Notes under the pieces: model-generated
The model's input: only the letters and a program-made list of their open reading frames with translations
The model's database searches: none
Told to the model about the DNA's origin: nothing
Part shown: positions 24,206-33,800 of the stretch, in pieces
Numbering within the stretch: position 1 is the stretch's first letter
Layout: the number at the start of each line of letters is the position of its first letter
Program-made: the position numbers and the translations under genes
Assembly: GCA_036676455.1 (NCBI GenBank)
Contig: JAKFCW010000101.1
Span: 5,211-69,210, forward strand
Direction of reading: 5' to 3'
Source of the DNA: Candidatus Sericytochromatia bacterium
GTDB lineage: Bacteria; Cyanobacteriota; Sericytochromatia; S15B-MN24; UBA4093
DNA length: 64,000 nucleotides

Positions 24206-26796
24206 GGGGTCCAGTTGACCTGCGCATAGTCGAGGGTCGGGGCGAGGCCTGCGGCCTGCTTGAGCATGAGGATCTTCAGCCTCAGCTCGGGGTAGGCGAT
24301 GGTCGACAGGCCGGCGAGCGAGACAGGGGTCGTGCTGAAGCCGGAGGAGTTGTTGGGCAGGACGGTGTCGGGCAATGCCACGCCGTCCTTGGAAAGCACC
24401 TGGATGCGGACAGCGCTTCCGGCGGGCGTTGCGGCCGAATAGCTGAGATCGCCCCACGCGGTGAGGGAGTTGGGGGCGATCGCCAGGGTCGTCGCCGTCG
24501 AGGCGGTCGAGCCGATGTCCACCCGGCTGAGCAGGGGCTTGGATTCGATGCTGTTGGTCGTCAGAGTCGCCTTGTAGCGCAGGTAGCGCCCGGTGACCCC
24601 GGCAGGCACCGCGCCTGGAGCCGAGTACGAGGTGCCGGCCGTTCCGTCGGGTCCCTTCCACGCGAGGTCCGTGGCGCCCGCATCGTCGGTCGCGGCCACC
24701 TGGAAGCTGATCTTGGTATCGGTGCTGGGATGCGCCGAGACCCAGCTGAGGCGGGTGCCGGCCCAGTTGTAGCCATTGGCCCCCGAGTTGAAGGCGCGCG
24801 AGGTGAAGCTGCCCGAGACCGAGGTGCCGCGGTCGAAGGTGTAGTACATCGAGTTGATCATGGCCTTGGCCTCGAACTCGCTGGGCACCGCCTGCGTGTG
24901 GCCGTAGCTGAAGAAGGCCGCGTTGGAGTTGGCCGTCGTGAACGTGGTCCAGTAGGGGTAGGCCTTGGCATCGGCCTCGGTCGTCACCTTGAAGGCATAC
25001 CAGACTGTCGCGGGATTCGCCACGTGGTTCGAGGAATGGGAGTTCTGGATCGAGAACTGGCTGACGGCCGAGAGGTTGAAAGGCTTGTTGAGCACGGGGC
25101 TGGACGTGTTGACCCCCGGAGCCTGGTAGACGGTGGTGGCTGTGAGGGCGCTGCCTCCGGCGGTCATGCCGTGCAGGTCGGTGAGCGAGAAGAAGTTGGG
25201 CCGGCTGGTCGGCAGGGTATCGTGGGTGAAGACGATGCCCCGTCCCAGCAGCGCGAAGCTGCGCGTGAGATCCCGCGAGTTGGTCGTGAGGTCCATGCCG
25301 CCGCCGCCGAAGGCGGCCGACTTGGCGTAGGAGTCGGCCACGCCGAAGTAGAGGATGTCGTAGTCCTGCAGGGTGCGCGTCACGGTGCCGCCCAGGGTGG
25401 CGGTGGCCGGGGCGACGGTGCCGGACTTGTTGACCACCGTCACCGAGAAGGTCGCGTCGAGCGTGGTCAGGGTGTTGTAGGTGGTGACGGGCAGGGTGTC
25501 GAACGAGAAGAGATCCGGCCGCCAGTTGTAGACCCCCTGGGCCGCCACGATCTGGCTCTGGCCGTCGGGGTAGACCTGCAGAACCCGCAGGGCACCGATC
25601 TGAAGCGTCACCGCACCGTCTCCGCCGTCGACCGGGTCGGGCACGTCCTTGCTCACGGGGCCGCTCACGGCGCCCGCGGCGAAGTCGGCGTTCGTCGTGT
25701 CGACGAAGCCCAGGCCGGTGCCTCCCTGCATGGTCAGCGCTCCACTGCTGACGGTGGTGTTGAAGAGGTCCTTGAGGTCGTTGGAATCGTCGTAGGGATC
25801 CTTCCAGCCGGTTTGCGTCCAGACCGGGCCGGTCTTGAGCAGGCCTCCGACCTGGACGGAGATCGGGCCCGACAGGCCCAGGCGGCGGGGCACCTTCACG
25901 GAGAGGACCTCGCGATCGGCGCTCACGGAGAGGACCTCGCCCTTCCAACCGTTGAACTTCACCACGTTGTTGGACGGGATGGGATCGAAGGCATACCCCG
26001 CGAGAGTCACCGTGTCCTGCGACATGCCGGTGGTCGGAGTCACGCTCTGGATCGAGAAGCCCTGCTCCGTGCGCAAGTACCGGCGCGGGGGGCCCATGTC
26101 CATCGAGACGGCGAAGACGGGATCCACGTCGCGATCCAGCGCCTCGTTGACCAGGGCGAAGACCTGGTGGTACTCGTCATTGCCGATCTGCGAGGCTCCC
26201 GGCTGGAACGTGTCGGACGTGGCGGGGCTCAGCGAGGAGTCGGGGAAGCCGACGTTGAGCGCGTTGATCATGCCCTCGGTGTTTACGGTCTGGCCCGCCG
26301 CGTTGCGGAGGTTCGTGATGATCGAGAGGGCCGTGGTCGAGCGGTTGACGATGATTCCCTGGCGGGAGATGCTCTTCCAGGTGCCGCTGCGCCAGTAGAT
26401 CAGCGTGCGCACGCGAGCGAGCGATGCCCCGGCCCGGTTGGAGTCTCCCCCGGCCGAGAGGCCCTTGGCTGCCTCGAGGAAATAGGCGGCCGTGCGGCTG
26501 GGGCGGAAGGAGCTGCCGAACTTGAGGCTGAAGATGCCGTCCACGTCCGTCACCGAGGAGGCGATCGTCTCGTTGGTGGCGGCGTTGATCAGGCTGACCG
26601 TCGCGCTGACGGCGACCTCTCGCATGTCGGCCTGGACGGAGCGCTCGGCGAAGCGGACGCTTCCCGTCAGCTCGGGGGTCGGGCCGTTCTCCTCGGGCGC
26701 CTGGGTCGGGACGATCGGGCGGGTGCAGCCCACCAGCACGAAGAGCGCCAGTAGAACGGAGAGTACCGTCCTCGCCGATTGCGTGATTCCGCGCAT
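24202..26796 (-). CDS. Large lipoprotein with the shared N-module (CarboxypepD_reg-like + linker + IPT/TIG) and a unique ~550-aa C-terminal region, about 864 aa
   Basis: MRGITQSARTVLSVLLALFVLVGC lipobox. Family motifs are VSATVSLINAATNETIASSVTDVDGIFSL, AYFLEAAKGL, NRAGASLARVRTLIYW, STTALSII and LDRDVDPVF. The IPT-like segment is IQSVTPTTGMSQDTVTLAGYAFD...VKFNG...LSVKVP...SGPISVQVGG. ATG at 26796 (GGGG 5 nt upstream), or GTG at 26802. Confidence 0.8.
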   Translation of the reverse strand: MRGITQSARTVLSVLLALFVLVGCTRPIVPTQAPEENGPTPELTGSVRFAERSVQADMREVAVSATVSLINAATNETIASSVTDVDGIFSLKFGSSFRPSRTAAYFLEAAKGLSAGGDSNRAGASLARVRTLIYWRSGTWKSISRQGIIVNRSTTALSIITNLRNAAGQTVNTEGMINALNVGFPDSSLSPATSDTFQPGASQIGNDEYHQVFALVNEALDRDVDPVFAVSMDMGPPRRYLRTEQGFSIQSVTPTTGMSQDTVTLAGYAFDPIPSNNVVKFNGWKGEVLSVSADREVLSVKVPRRLGLSGPISVQVGGLLKTGPVWTQTGWKDPYDDSNDLKDLFNTTVSSGALTMQGGTGLGFVDTTNADFAAGAVSGPVSKDVPDPVDGGDGAVTLQIGALRVLQVYPDGQSQIVAAQGVYNWRPDLFSFDTLPVTTYNTLTTLDATFSVTVVNKSGTVAPATATLGGTVTRTLQDYDILYFGVADSYAKSAAFGGGGMDLTTNSRDLTRSFALLGRGIVFTHDTLPTSRPNFFSLTDLHGMTAGGSALTATTVYQAPGVNTSSPVLNKPFNLSAVSQFSIQNSHSSNHVANPATVWYAFKVTTEADAKAYPYWTTFTTANSNAAFFSYGHTQAVPSEFEAKAMINSMYYTFDRGTSVSGSFTSRAFNSGANGYNWAGTRLSWVSAHPSTDTKISFQVAATDDAGATDLAWKGPDGTAGTSYSAPGAVPAGVTGRYLRYKATLTTNSIESKPLLSRVDIGSTASTATTLAIAPNSLTAWGDLSYSAATPAGSAVRIQVLSKDGVALPDTVLPNNSSGFSTTPVSLAGLSTIAYPELRLKILMLKQAAGLAPTLDYAQVNWTP

Positions 26797-26870
26797 CGTC
26801 ACCCCCTGTGTCGCGACTGTCGTGACCCGCTGGCCACCCCTTGGTTCTTATTCCCGCCGGCGAGCGATCG

Positions 26871-27965
26871 TTACGGGACGAAGACGTGGACCCGGTGGCC
26901 CGTCTCGTCCGTCACCCAGAGCCGGCCGCCCGGAGCGAAGGCCAGGCCATGGGGCCGTAGGCCGATGGTGTAGTTCTTGACGAATGCGCCCGACGCGTTG
27001 AACTTCTCGACCTTCCCGGCGGCCGGGACGCTGACCCAGGCGTTGCCGGAAGCGTCGATGGCCATGTCCGCGGGGGCGCCGCTGAGCCCCCGGTTCAGGG
27101 TCTCGTCCGTCGCGGGGTCGATCCGCCAGACGCTGTTGCCGCTGTGGTTGAGCACCCAGATGGCGTCCGCGGACGCGCGGATCACGCCGGGGTTGCTCCC
27201 GACGGGGATCGTGCGATCGGGGTTGCCCTGGCCGTCGTAGACCTCGACCCGGTCATTCTCCGTGTCGGTGACCCAGATCTTCCCGCCATGAACGGCGACT
27301 CCGCCGGCGGCGAGGGTGGCGACGGACTGGGTCGCGTTGTTCTGGGTTGCCAGCTTGACGAGGGCGCGAGCGCCCTCCAGGGCCACCCAGAGGTTCCCGT
27401 CGTTGTCCGCGGCGAGATCGCGGGGGCCGGCGCCGACCTGGACCTGGGACATGGTTCCGCTGGCAGTGAACTTGGTGAGGGTGTTGCCGGAGCGATTGGC
27501 CACCCAGATGTTGCCCGACTTGTCGGCCACGACCGCCGAGGGAGCGTCTCCGGTCGGCGGGTCGCCGAGGAGCTGGCCGGTAGAGTCGACTTTTGCCACG
27601 TTCCCGGACTCGTTCAGGGCGACCCAGGCGTTACCGCTCCAGTCGAAGGCCAGGCCGCGCGGGTCGCCGTACCCGATGGTGACGGCGAAGGCGACGCTCT
27701 CGGAGGGAGGAGGCGTCGGGGTGGGCGTGGGCGTGGGAGTGGGGGAGGCGACCACGGGAGGCGGGCTCTCCTGGCCGCCGATGTTGCCGCCGAGGTTGCT
27801 GCCGTCGGGAGTTGGCGTGCTGCCGTCCGTTCCGGACGTGCCGCCGGGTCGGGTGCCGGTGCGGCCTCCGATGAGCAGACTGTCATCCTCGGCACAGCCC
27901 ACTCCGATCATGGTGAGGGCGAGCCCCAGGGCCACCGCGGAAATCAGCTGTCGGCTCGCGACCAT
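26871..27965 (-). CDS. Lipoprotein: S-type leader (GCAEDDSLL) + Pro/Thr linker + single NHL-type beta-propeller, 364 aa
   Basis: The leader is LALTMIGVGC-AEDDSLLIGG and the linker is [13 protein letters not shown]. About six repeats of the G-N-(I/L)-W-V-A pattern follow (GNAWVALNESGNVAKV, GNIWVANRSGNTLTKF, GNLWVALEGARALVKL, GKIWVTDTENDRVEVY, DAIWVLNHSGNSVWRI, GNAWVSVPAAGKVEKF, GRLWVTDETGHRVHVF). Confidence 0.8.
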   Translation of the reverse strand: MVASRQLISAVALGLALTMIGVGCAEDDSLLIGGRTGTRPGGTSGTDGSTPTPDGSNLGGNIGGQESPPPVVASPTPTPTPTPTPPPSESVAFAVTIGYGDPRGLAFDWSGNAWVALNESGNVAKVDSTGQLLGDPPTGDAPSAVVADKSGNIWVANRSGNTLTKFTASGTMSQVQVGAGPRDLAADNDGNLWVALEGARALVKLATQNNATQSVATLAAGGVAVHGGKIWVTDTENDRVEVYDGQGNPDRTIPVGSNPGVIRASADAIWVLNHSGNSVWRIDPATDETLNRGLSGAPADMAIDASGNAWVSVPAAGKVEKFNASGAFVKNYTIGLRPHGLAFAPGGRLWVTDETGHRVHVFVP

Positions 27966-28004
27966 CGCTCCTCCAAGACCTCAAGCGCCGGGATTGCTGG
28001 GGAG

Positions 28005-28013
28005 ATCATACCC
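28005..28013 (-). promoter_or_regulatory. Putative -10 element (GGGTATGAT on the minus strand)
   Basis: About 40 nt upstream of the ATG at 27965, in the divergent region shared with the 28092 gene. Confidence 0.3.
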
Positions 28014-28044
28014 CCTGCCCGTCTGGCATAAACAGGCGCATGGT

Positions 28045-28053
28045 CGGGTATAA
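28045..28053 (+). promoter_or_regulatory. Putative -10 element (GGGTATAAA)
   Basis: About 40 nt upstream of the ATG at 28092. Confidence 0.3.
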
Positions 28054-28091
28054 AGCGCTCGAGTCGATGCCGGATGAGGGAGGGTTGCCTG

Positions 28092-30206
28092 ATGTCGCGG
28101 ACGAGGTTTCGGGGAACTGACGCGAAACGAATCGCCGGCGTGCTGCTCGTCCTCTCGATGCTGGCGCTCGCGGGCTGCCCCCGGCCGATGCTCTCCACCA
28201 CCGGGGACATGGCTCCGCCCGTCGTGGGCGCGATCGACTTCACCTCGGAGCTATCGACCCAGGCCACCATGGCCGAGATCGCCCAGGCGGCGACCGTGAG
28301 TCTGATCGACCCTTTCCAGGGGCAGACGGTCGCGACCTCGATCACCGATTCCAACCGTCAGTTCCGTTTGACCTTCGACTCCACCTTCAAGCCGGGCAAC
28401 GCGCCCTACTACCTCGAGGCGGTCAAGGGCCTCCAGGTGGGCGGGGCGGCCAACCGGGCGGGCGCGCCCGCCGCGCGCATCCGGACGCTGATCCAGTGGA
28501 CCGACGCCGGCTGGCAAAGCGTCTCCTCGGGCTCGATCACCGTCAGCGCGACCACCACCGCCCTCAGCGTGATCGCGAGCCTGCGCTCCGACGATGTCTC
28601 CCGGCCTGCGCTCATCAACTCGCTCGTGATGGATACGCCCGACACGTCCGTTCTGCCGCAAACCCCGGACACCTTCGCGCCGGGCGCCTCCGGGGTCACC
28701 AACGCCGAGTTCCACCGCGCCTACGAGCTGGTCTCCAACGCCCTCTCGCTCGATCAGGATCCCCTGCAGGTGATCTACCGGGCCGAGGACGGCAGCTACC
28801 AGCGCGTGACCCAGGGCTCGACCGTGCAGCGGGTCAGCCCCACGAACGCCGCGATCGGGGCGGCCGTGACCATCGTGGGGCACGGCTTCGCCACGCCGGC
28901 GGCCAACAACGTGGTCACCTTCACCGGGGGCGTCACGGCCGTCCCCACGGCCGTGAACGCCGATCGCACGCAGCTCACGGTGACGGTGCCCGCCGGAGCC
29001 GGCACGGGCCCCGTGGCCGTCTCCTCCACGACGGGGGAGCTCTCGGTATCGGGCGGGTTTTTGGCGATCGCCAACGCTCCTTTAGCCGGCACCCGCTTCA
29101 TCGGTCTGAATGCCGGCGACATCGACCCGACGGGACGCGACCTCGGCAACTTCGCCCGGATCGTCGCCCTGCACCCGAACACCCGGATCACCCTCCACAC
29201 CATCCGGAGCACCGGCGCGGTCGATCATACGGAGAGCCGACTTCTCATCTCGGCCGGCAGCGTCTGGGAGCCCGCCCTGCTCGCTGACCGGATCGGCATG
29301 TTCCAGATTCTCAGCGACAAGCCCGTGCTCGCCAGCTACGACGCGATGGCCTACGACGCTCTGGCCACCGGCCATGCCAGCGACGACGAGTGGGCCACCC
29401 AGACCGGAACCGATTACTATATCCGGGTGCCGCGGACCCATGGCGAGTACCAGATCATTTCGCATGCCTCCAACAACACGGTGTCGCTCACCTGCGCGAT
29501 CGACCCCACCCTCAACGAGACCCAGACCCTGGCGGAAGGCGGAACCCTCAGTCGCACCAGCGTCCCGAGCGGAGCCACCAGCTACTGGTTCCGGGTCCAG
29601 AGCACCCATCCCACCACCGCGATCTACGGGATCTTCGCCGACAACGCCTCCACCCAGGTCTTCTCGGCCGACATGAAGACCTTCTACGCGGCGCACCTGA
29701 GCGGAGGAGCGGCGGCCAAGTACCAGCTCGTCGGCTACGAGGACGGCACCTCGGTGACGGTCACCAACCTCATGACCGGCGTCCCGGAAACCATCGCGCT
29801 CAACGCCGGCCAGCTCGCCGCACGGCCCTACGGCACCACGGGCCTGGTCAAGACGCGGGTCGTCTCGAACAAGCCGCTCGGCTTCTACGTGACCGACTAC
29901 GGCATCTACTACGAGAACAACCAGCACGGCAGCGTGGACCAGCCCGGATCCATCGGCAAGACCTACCGGATCGTCGCGCCCGGCACGACGGCGACCAACG
30001 TCTACGTGCTGTCGCTCTCGGGTTCCAACACGGTGACGCTTACCGGCGGCCTGACCGGAACCCAAGCCCTTGGAGAGCTCCAGTGGAAGAACGTGGGCTC
30101 GCTTGCCCCCAACACGGTCCTCACCCTGAGCGCCGATGAGCCGATCGCCGTCTTCACGGCCGATAACTACCCCAACGAGTTCAACTACACGCTGTTGCCT
30201 TACTAG
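28092..30206 (+). CDS. Large lipoprotein with the shared N-module and a unique repetitive beta-rich C-terminal region, about 704 aa
   Basis: ATG at 28092 follows GAGGGAGGG. The lipobox is LALAGC-PRPM. Family motifs are AATVSLIDPFQGQTVATSITDSNRQFRL, PYYLEAVKGL, NRAGAPAARIRTLIQW, TTTALSVIASL and LDQDPLQ. The IPT-like segment is VQRVSPTNAAIGAAVTIVGHGF...VVTFTG...LTVTVPAGAGTGPVAV. Confidence 0.8.
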   Translation: MSRTRFRGTDAKRIAGVLLVLSMLALAGCPRPMLSTTGDMAPPVVGAIDFTSELSTQATMAEIAQAATVSLIDPFQGQTVATSITDSNRQFRLTFDSTFKPGNAPYYLEAVKGLQVGGAANRAGAPAARIRTLIQWTDAGWQSVSSGSITVSATTTALSVIASLRSDDVSRPALINSLVMDTPDTSVLPQTPDTFAPGASGVTNAEFHRAYELVSNALSLDQDPLQVIYRAEDGSYQRVTQGSTVQRVSPTNAAIGAAVTIVGHGFATPAANNVVTFTGGVTAVPTAVNADRTQLTVTVPAGAGTGPVAVSSTTGELSVSGGFLAIANAPLAGTRFIGLNAGDIDPTGRDLGNFARIVALHPNTRITLHTIRSTGAVDHTESRLLISAGSVWEPALLADRIGMFQILSDKPVLASYDAMAYDALATGHASDDEWATQTGTDYYIRVPRTHGEYQIISHASNNTVSLTCAIDPTLNETQTLAEGGTLSRTSVPSGATSYWFRVQSTHPTTAIYGIFADNASTQVFSADMKTFYAAHLSGGAAAKYQLVGYEDGTSVTVTNLMTGVPETIALNAGQLAARPYGTTGLVKTRVVSNKPLGFYVTDYGIYYENNQHGSVDQPGSIGKTYRIVAPGTTATNVYVLSLSGSNTVTLTGGLTGTQALGELQWKNVGSLAPNTVLTLSADEPIAVFTADNYPNEFNYTLLPY

Positions 30207-30712
30207 TCGAGGCCCAGTCGCCGTTTGATTCGCTGCCAGAGGCTTTCCGGCTGCAGGCGGGGCGTCGGGCCGAAGCGCGCATCGGTGACGGCAAGCATCG
30301 GCCAGTGATCCATGGTGCTGAGCCGGTGGATCCGGCCCGCGAGGTCGATCGTCACGATGAACGGAGTCTCTTCCACCTGCAGGCGCGCGACCTGCGCCGG
30401 GAGGATCCAGCCCGCCTTCACGATCCCCCCGCCGTAGGGAGTCACCCCGGCGGCCCTGCCCTCGCGGATTTGTAGTGACAGGGCACTCACGTTCGGGCGG
30501 CTGCCGACCAGCTCAACCAGCTTCGCCTCGCCGAACCTGCGCTTGGTCGTGCCATCCTGGGCATGCCAGACCAGCAGGGCGGCGGGCGGCTGAATGGCCA
30601 GCTCTGCTGCCAGGGGGAAGGCCCGGTTGGTGAGGGGATGGGAGCCGTCGGCATCCGCCCAGGCCGGCGCCGCCAGCAGCAGGAAGGCGAGAAGGGTGTG
30701 GATCGGAAGCAT
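30203..30712 (-). CDS. Secreted hypothetical protein, 169 aa
   Basis: MLPIHTLLAFLLLAAPAWA signal peptide. The stop codon overlaps the convergent gene's stop (CTAG at 30203-30206). Confidence 0.55.
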   Translation of the reverse strand: MLPIHTLLAFLLLAAPAWADADGSHPLTNRAFPLAAELAIQPPAALLVWHAQDGTTKRRFGEAKLVELVGSRPNVSALSLQIREGRAAGVTPYGGGIVKAGWILPAQVARLQVEETPFIVTIDLAGRIHRLSTMDHWPMLAVTDARFGPTPRLQPESLWQRIKRRLGLD

Positions 30713-30809
30713 GCGGTTTCCTCCTGGGCTTGCGATGCCGGGGCGAGTGCATCATGCCCTCTAGGGGCTTGAAATCACCCGATCGCGCGGATTCAAGGAG
30801 GGGGCGCCC

Positions 30810-30818
30810 GGGTACAAG
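30810..30818 (+). promoter_or_regulatory. Putative -10 element (GGGTACAAG)
   Basis: About 50 nt upstream of the A1 start at 30869. Confidence 0.25.
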
Positions 30819-30868
30819 CTTGATATGACTTCGAGCGAGAAACCGATTCGATGCCTGAGGAGGCCTTG

Positions 30869-33800
30869 ATGATCGATATCAGGCTCCTGCCGGCTTTCCG
30901 GCGCTTCCTTGCGTTCGCGCTGATCATGACCCTCGCTCTGGCCTTGACGGCTTGTCCTCGTCCGCTCACGCCTCCCATGGGCCTGCCGGGCGACGGCTCG
31001 GTGATCCAGGCGGCCGATCACGTGGAAGGCCGCATCAGCTTCGGCTTCCGCCACACCCAGGCCGGCATCAAGGAAGACGTGGCTCCCGGCGCGACCGTCT
31101 CGCTGATCGAGCTGACCACGGGCAACACCGTGAGCACCACGCGCACGGACGCGGACGGCAAGTTCCTGCTCACCTACTCCAACGGCTTCAAGCCGAAGTC
31201 CGGAGATCTCTACTACTTCGAGGCGGTCAAGGGGCTTTCGGGTGGGACGAGCGCGCCCAACGCGGCCGGCTCCGACGCCGTGAGAGTCCGCACCATCGCG
31301 AGCTACTGGAGCGGCGGCTGGGTCACCCTGACCAGCGGCAACCCCGGGACGTCCATCCTGATCTCTCCGATGACCACCGCGCTCTCGGTGGTGGTGAGCC
31401 TGCGCCAGGCCACCTCCAAGAAGCTCGATCCCACGGCCCTCTTCGGGGCCATCAAGGCGGGGCGGCCCGCGGGCGGCTACCCGGACACCGTGCAGATGTC
31501 GAGCCCGGAGCTCGTCCAGATGGTTCAGCGGGCCTACGACCTGGTGGTCGGCTCCCTGGAGAAGGATCGCGACCCCCTGCGCTGGATCCAGCTGTCGAGC
31601 GCGGACCTGGACTTCAACACCGTCACGCTGCCGGAGCTTCCCTTCTCGATCTCGTACCTCGACCCGCCGAACGCGGTCGCCCTGGAGACCATCGATCTCG
31701 TGGGCAGCAACTTCGAGGGCGAGCCGGTGGTGGACTTCCAGGCCGACGGAGGCCAGCTGGCGCGCGCGACCGAACTCAGCGTGAGCTCGGACCTCACGCG
31801 GATCACGGTCCGGGTGCCCCCGACCGCCGTCACCGGCCATGTCCGCCTGAGCATCGGCGAGCGCACCCTCACCGGCCCCATCTTCCGGCTTGACACCCGG
31901 GACGGCCACTCCGTGGTGGACGCCCGGGGCAACCTCTACGCGGCGAACCGGGGTCTCGGCACCGTGGCCATCCTCGAGCCGGTGAGCGGCTCCGACCGCA
32001 CCAGCGTGCGCTCGCTGATCACCGATCTCGGAGAGCCCTCGGCGTTGACGTTCGGCCTCTCGGGCTTCGGCGCCCTGTTTGTCGCCAGCACCGGCGGAGT
32101 CGTCTGGAACGCCTCGCTCGACGTGCCACTGGACGCCGCCACCCCCATCTCCTTCCTCTCGAAGGCCTCTTATTCGACGGGCGGGGCCGCGGATCCGGGC
32201 GGCATGGCCTTCCGGAACAAGCCCGGCGATCCTGGCCACGGCGTCCTCTACGTGACGGACGCGGCCAACCACAAGCTTTACGCCGTGCGGGCGGGGGGCG
32301 GCGTCGCCCAGCTCGTGACGTTGACCGGGGTGGCGTTGTCCCAGCCCCGGGGGCTCTCGTTCGGGCCTGACGGCCGCCTCTACGTCGCCAACGCGGGCGC
32401 CAACAACGTCGTGGCCATCACCCTGACCTCGGATACGACCGGCACCTCCGAGGATTTCGTGAGCGGCTTCAGCATGCCCTGGGGCATCGCGTTCGACAAC
32501 CGGGGCAACTGCTACGTCAGCAACCACCGGGGCAACTCGGTCTACCGCGTGCCGGTGACCTCGGAGCCCGGCGTTACCCCGATCGCCTACGGAAACGTCG
32601 GCGCCTTCTCGAGCATTCCCAGCCCCGCGGGCCTGGATGCCGACGCATCGGGTTACCTCTACGTCGCCGATCGCTTGACCAACGGGGTCTACCGGATCAA
32701 CACCCTGGCGGAGAGCCAGCAGATCGCCTTCGGGATGAACGCGCCCACGTCGACCTGGGTGGATGCGGACGGCCTCTTCCTGCTCACGGATTCCGGCCGG
32801 CTGCTTCACTCGAACAAGCTCGACAGCACGGGCGTCCTCAAGGTCGTGGCCCAGGGGTTGCTCACGGCCAAGGGCCTGGTTCGGGACACCGACGGCAACT
32901 TCTACACCCATCAGGCGGCCCTCGACGCCATCACCCAGATTCGCCCGGACGGCTCCACCGTCCAGGTGGTGGTCGGCGTCAGCACGTCGGACGGCGCGGG
33001 CCTCTCCATCCGCGGAGACAAGCTCTACCTGCGTTCGAACACCAGCTTCGATCCGGGCGGCGACTCCTACGCGGTGCAAGGCGAGGTCCTGGAGTTCACC
33101 CTGGTGCGAGGCGGAGACGGCAAGGTCTCGCACGTCTCCGGTCCGACGGCACGCCTCCGGACCCCCGTCGACAAGCTCACGGGCCTGAGTGGCGGCGGCG
33201 GCACGCTCTACACCATGAACCCGCGAACCAAGACCTTCTTCGCGATGACGGTGGCCGGCACCACGAACCAGAGCGTCGGCCGCAGCTCGACCATGACGCG
33301 CCTGAAGTCGGATCCCTCCCTGGCGGATCCCAAGAACCTCCTGGTCGTGAACGGCAAGATCTGGGTGGCGGATTACGCCGGCGGAGGCAACGGCAGCATC
33401 CGGGTCTATGGGCTCGACGGGACCTTCGAGCAGGAGATCGCGGACATCGAGACCCCGACTCACCTGGCCTACGACGGGACCTACGTCTACGCCAACTCGT
33501 ACACGGGCGGCTACCTGCGGGCCTTCGAAACGACGGCGCCGTACGCCAAGGTCGCCGCGCGCGAGCGCACGGGCTTCAGTAACCCTCGCCCATTCGCCTT
33601 CGAGGGAACCACGCTCTACGTCAACGAGTGGGGCCCCAACCGGATCTCGAAGATCGACAACTACGCCGCGAGCACGGTGATCACTCCCCTGCTCACGCAG
33701 TCCGACCGCAATGATCTCGCGGTCATGGCGGGGACGATCTACGTCACCTCGGGGGCCAGCGTCTACCGGATCACCGATGACGGGAGCGGCTGGACCCAGG

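Noticed and set aside
24206-25948. The upstream 581 codons of track ORF 23060..25948 (962 aa).
   Set aside because: This part is a different-frame read-through of the 864-aa lipoprotein gene. Only the C-terminal 381 aa, from ATG 24205, has membrane-protein character and an ATGA-coupled start.
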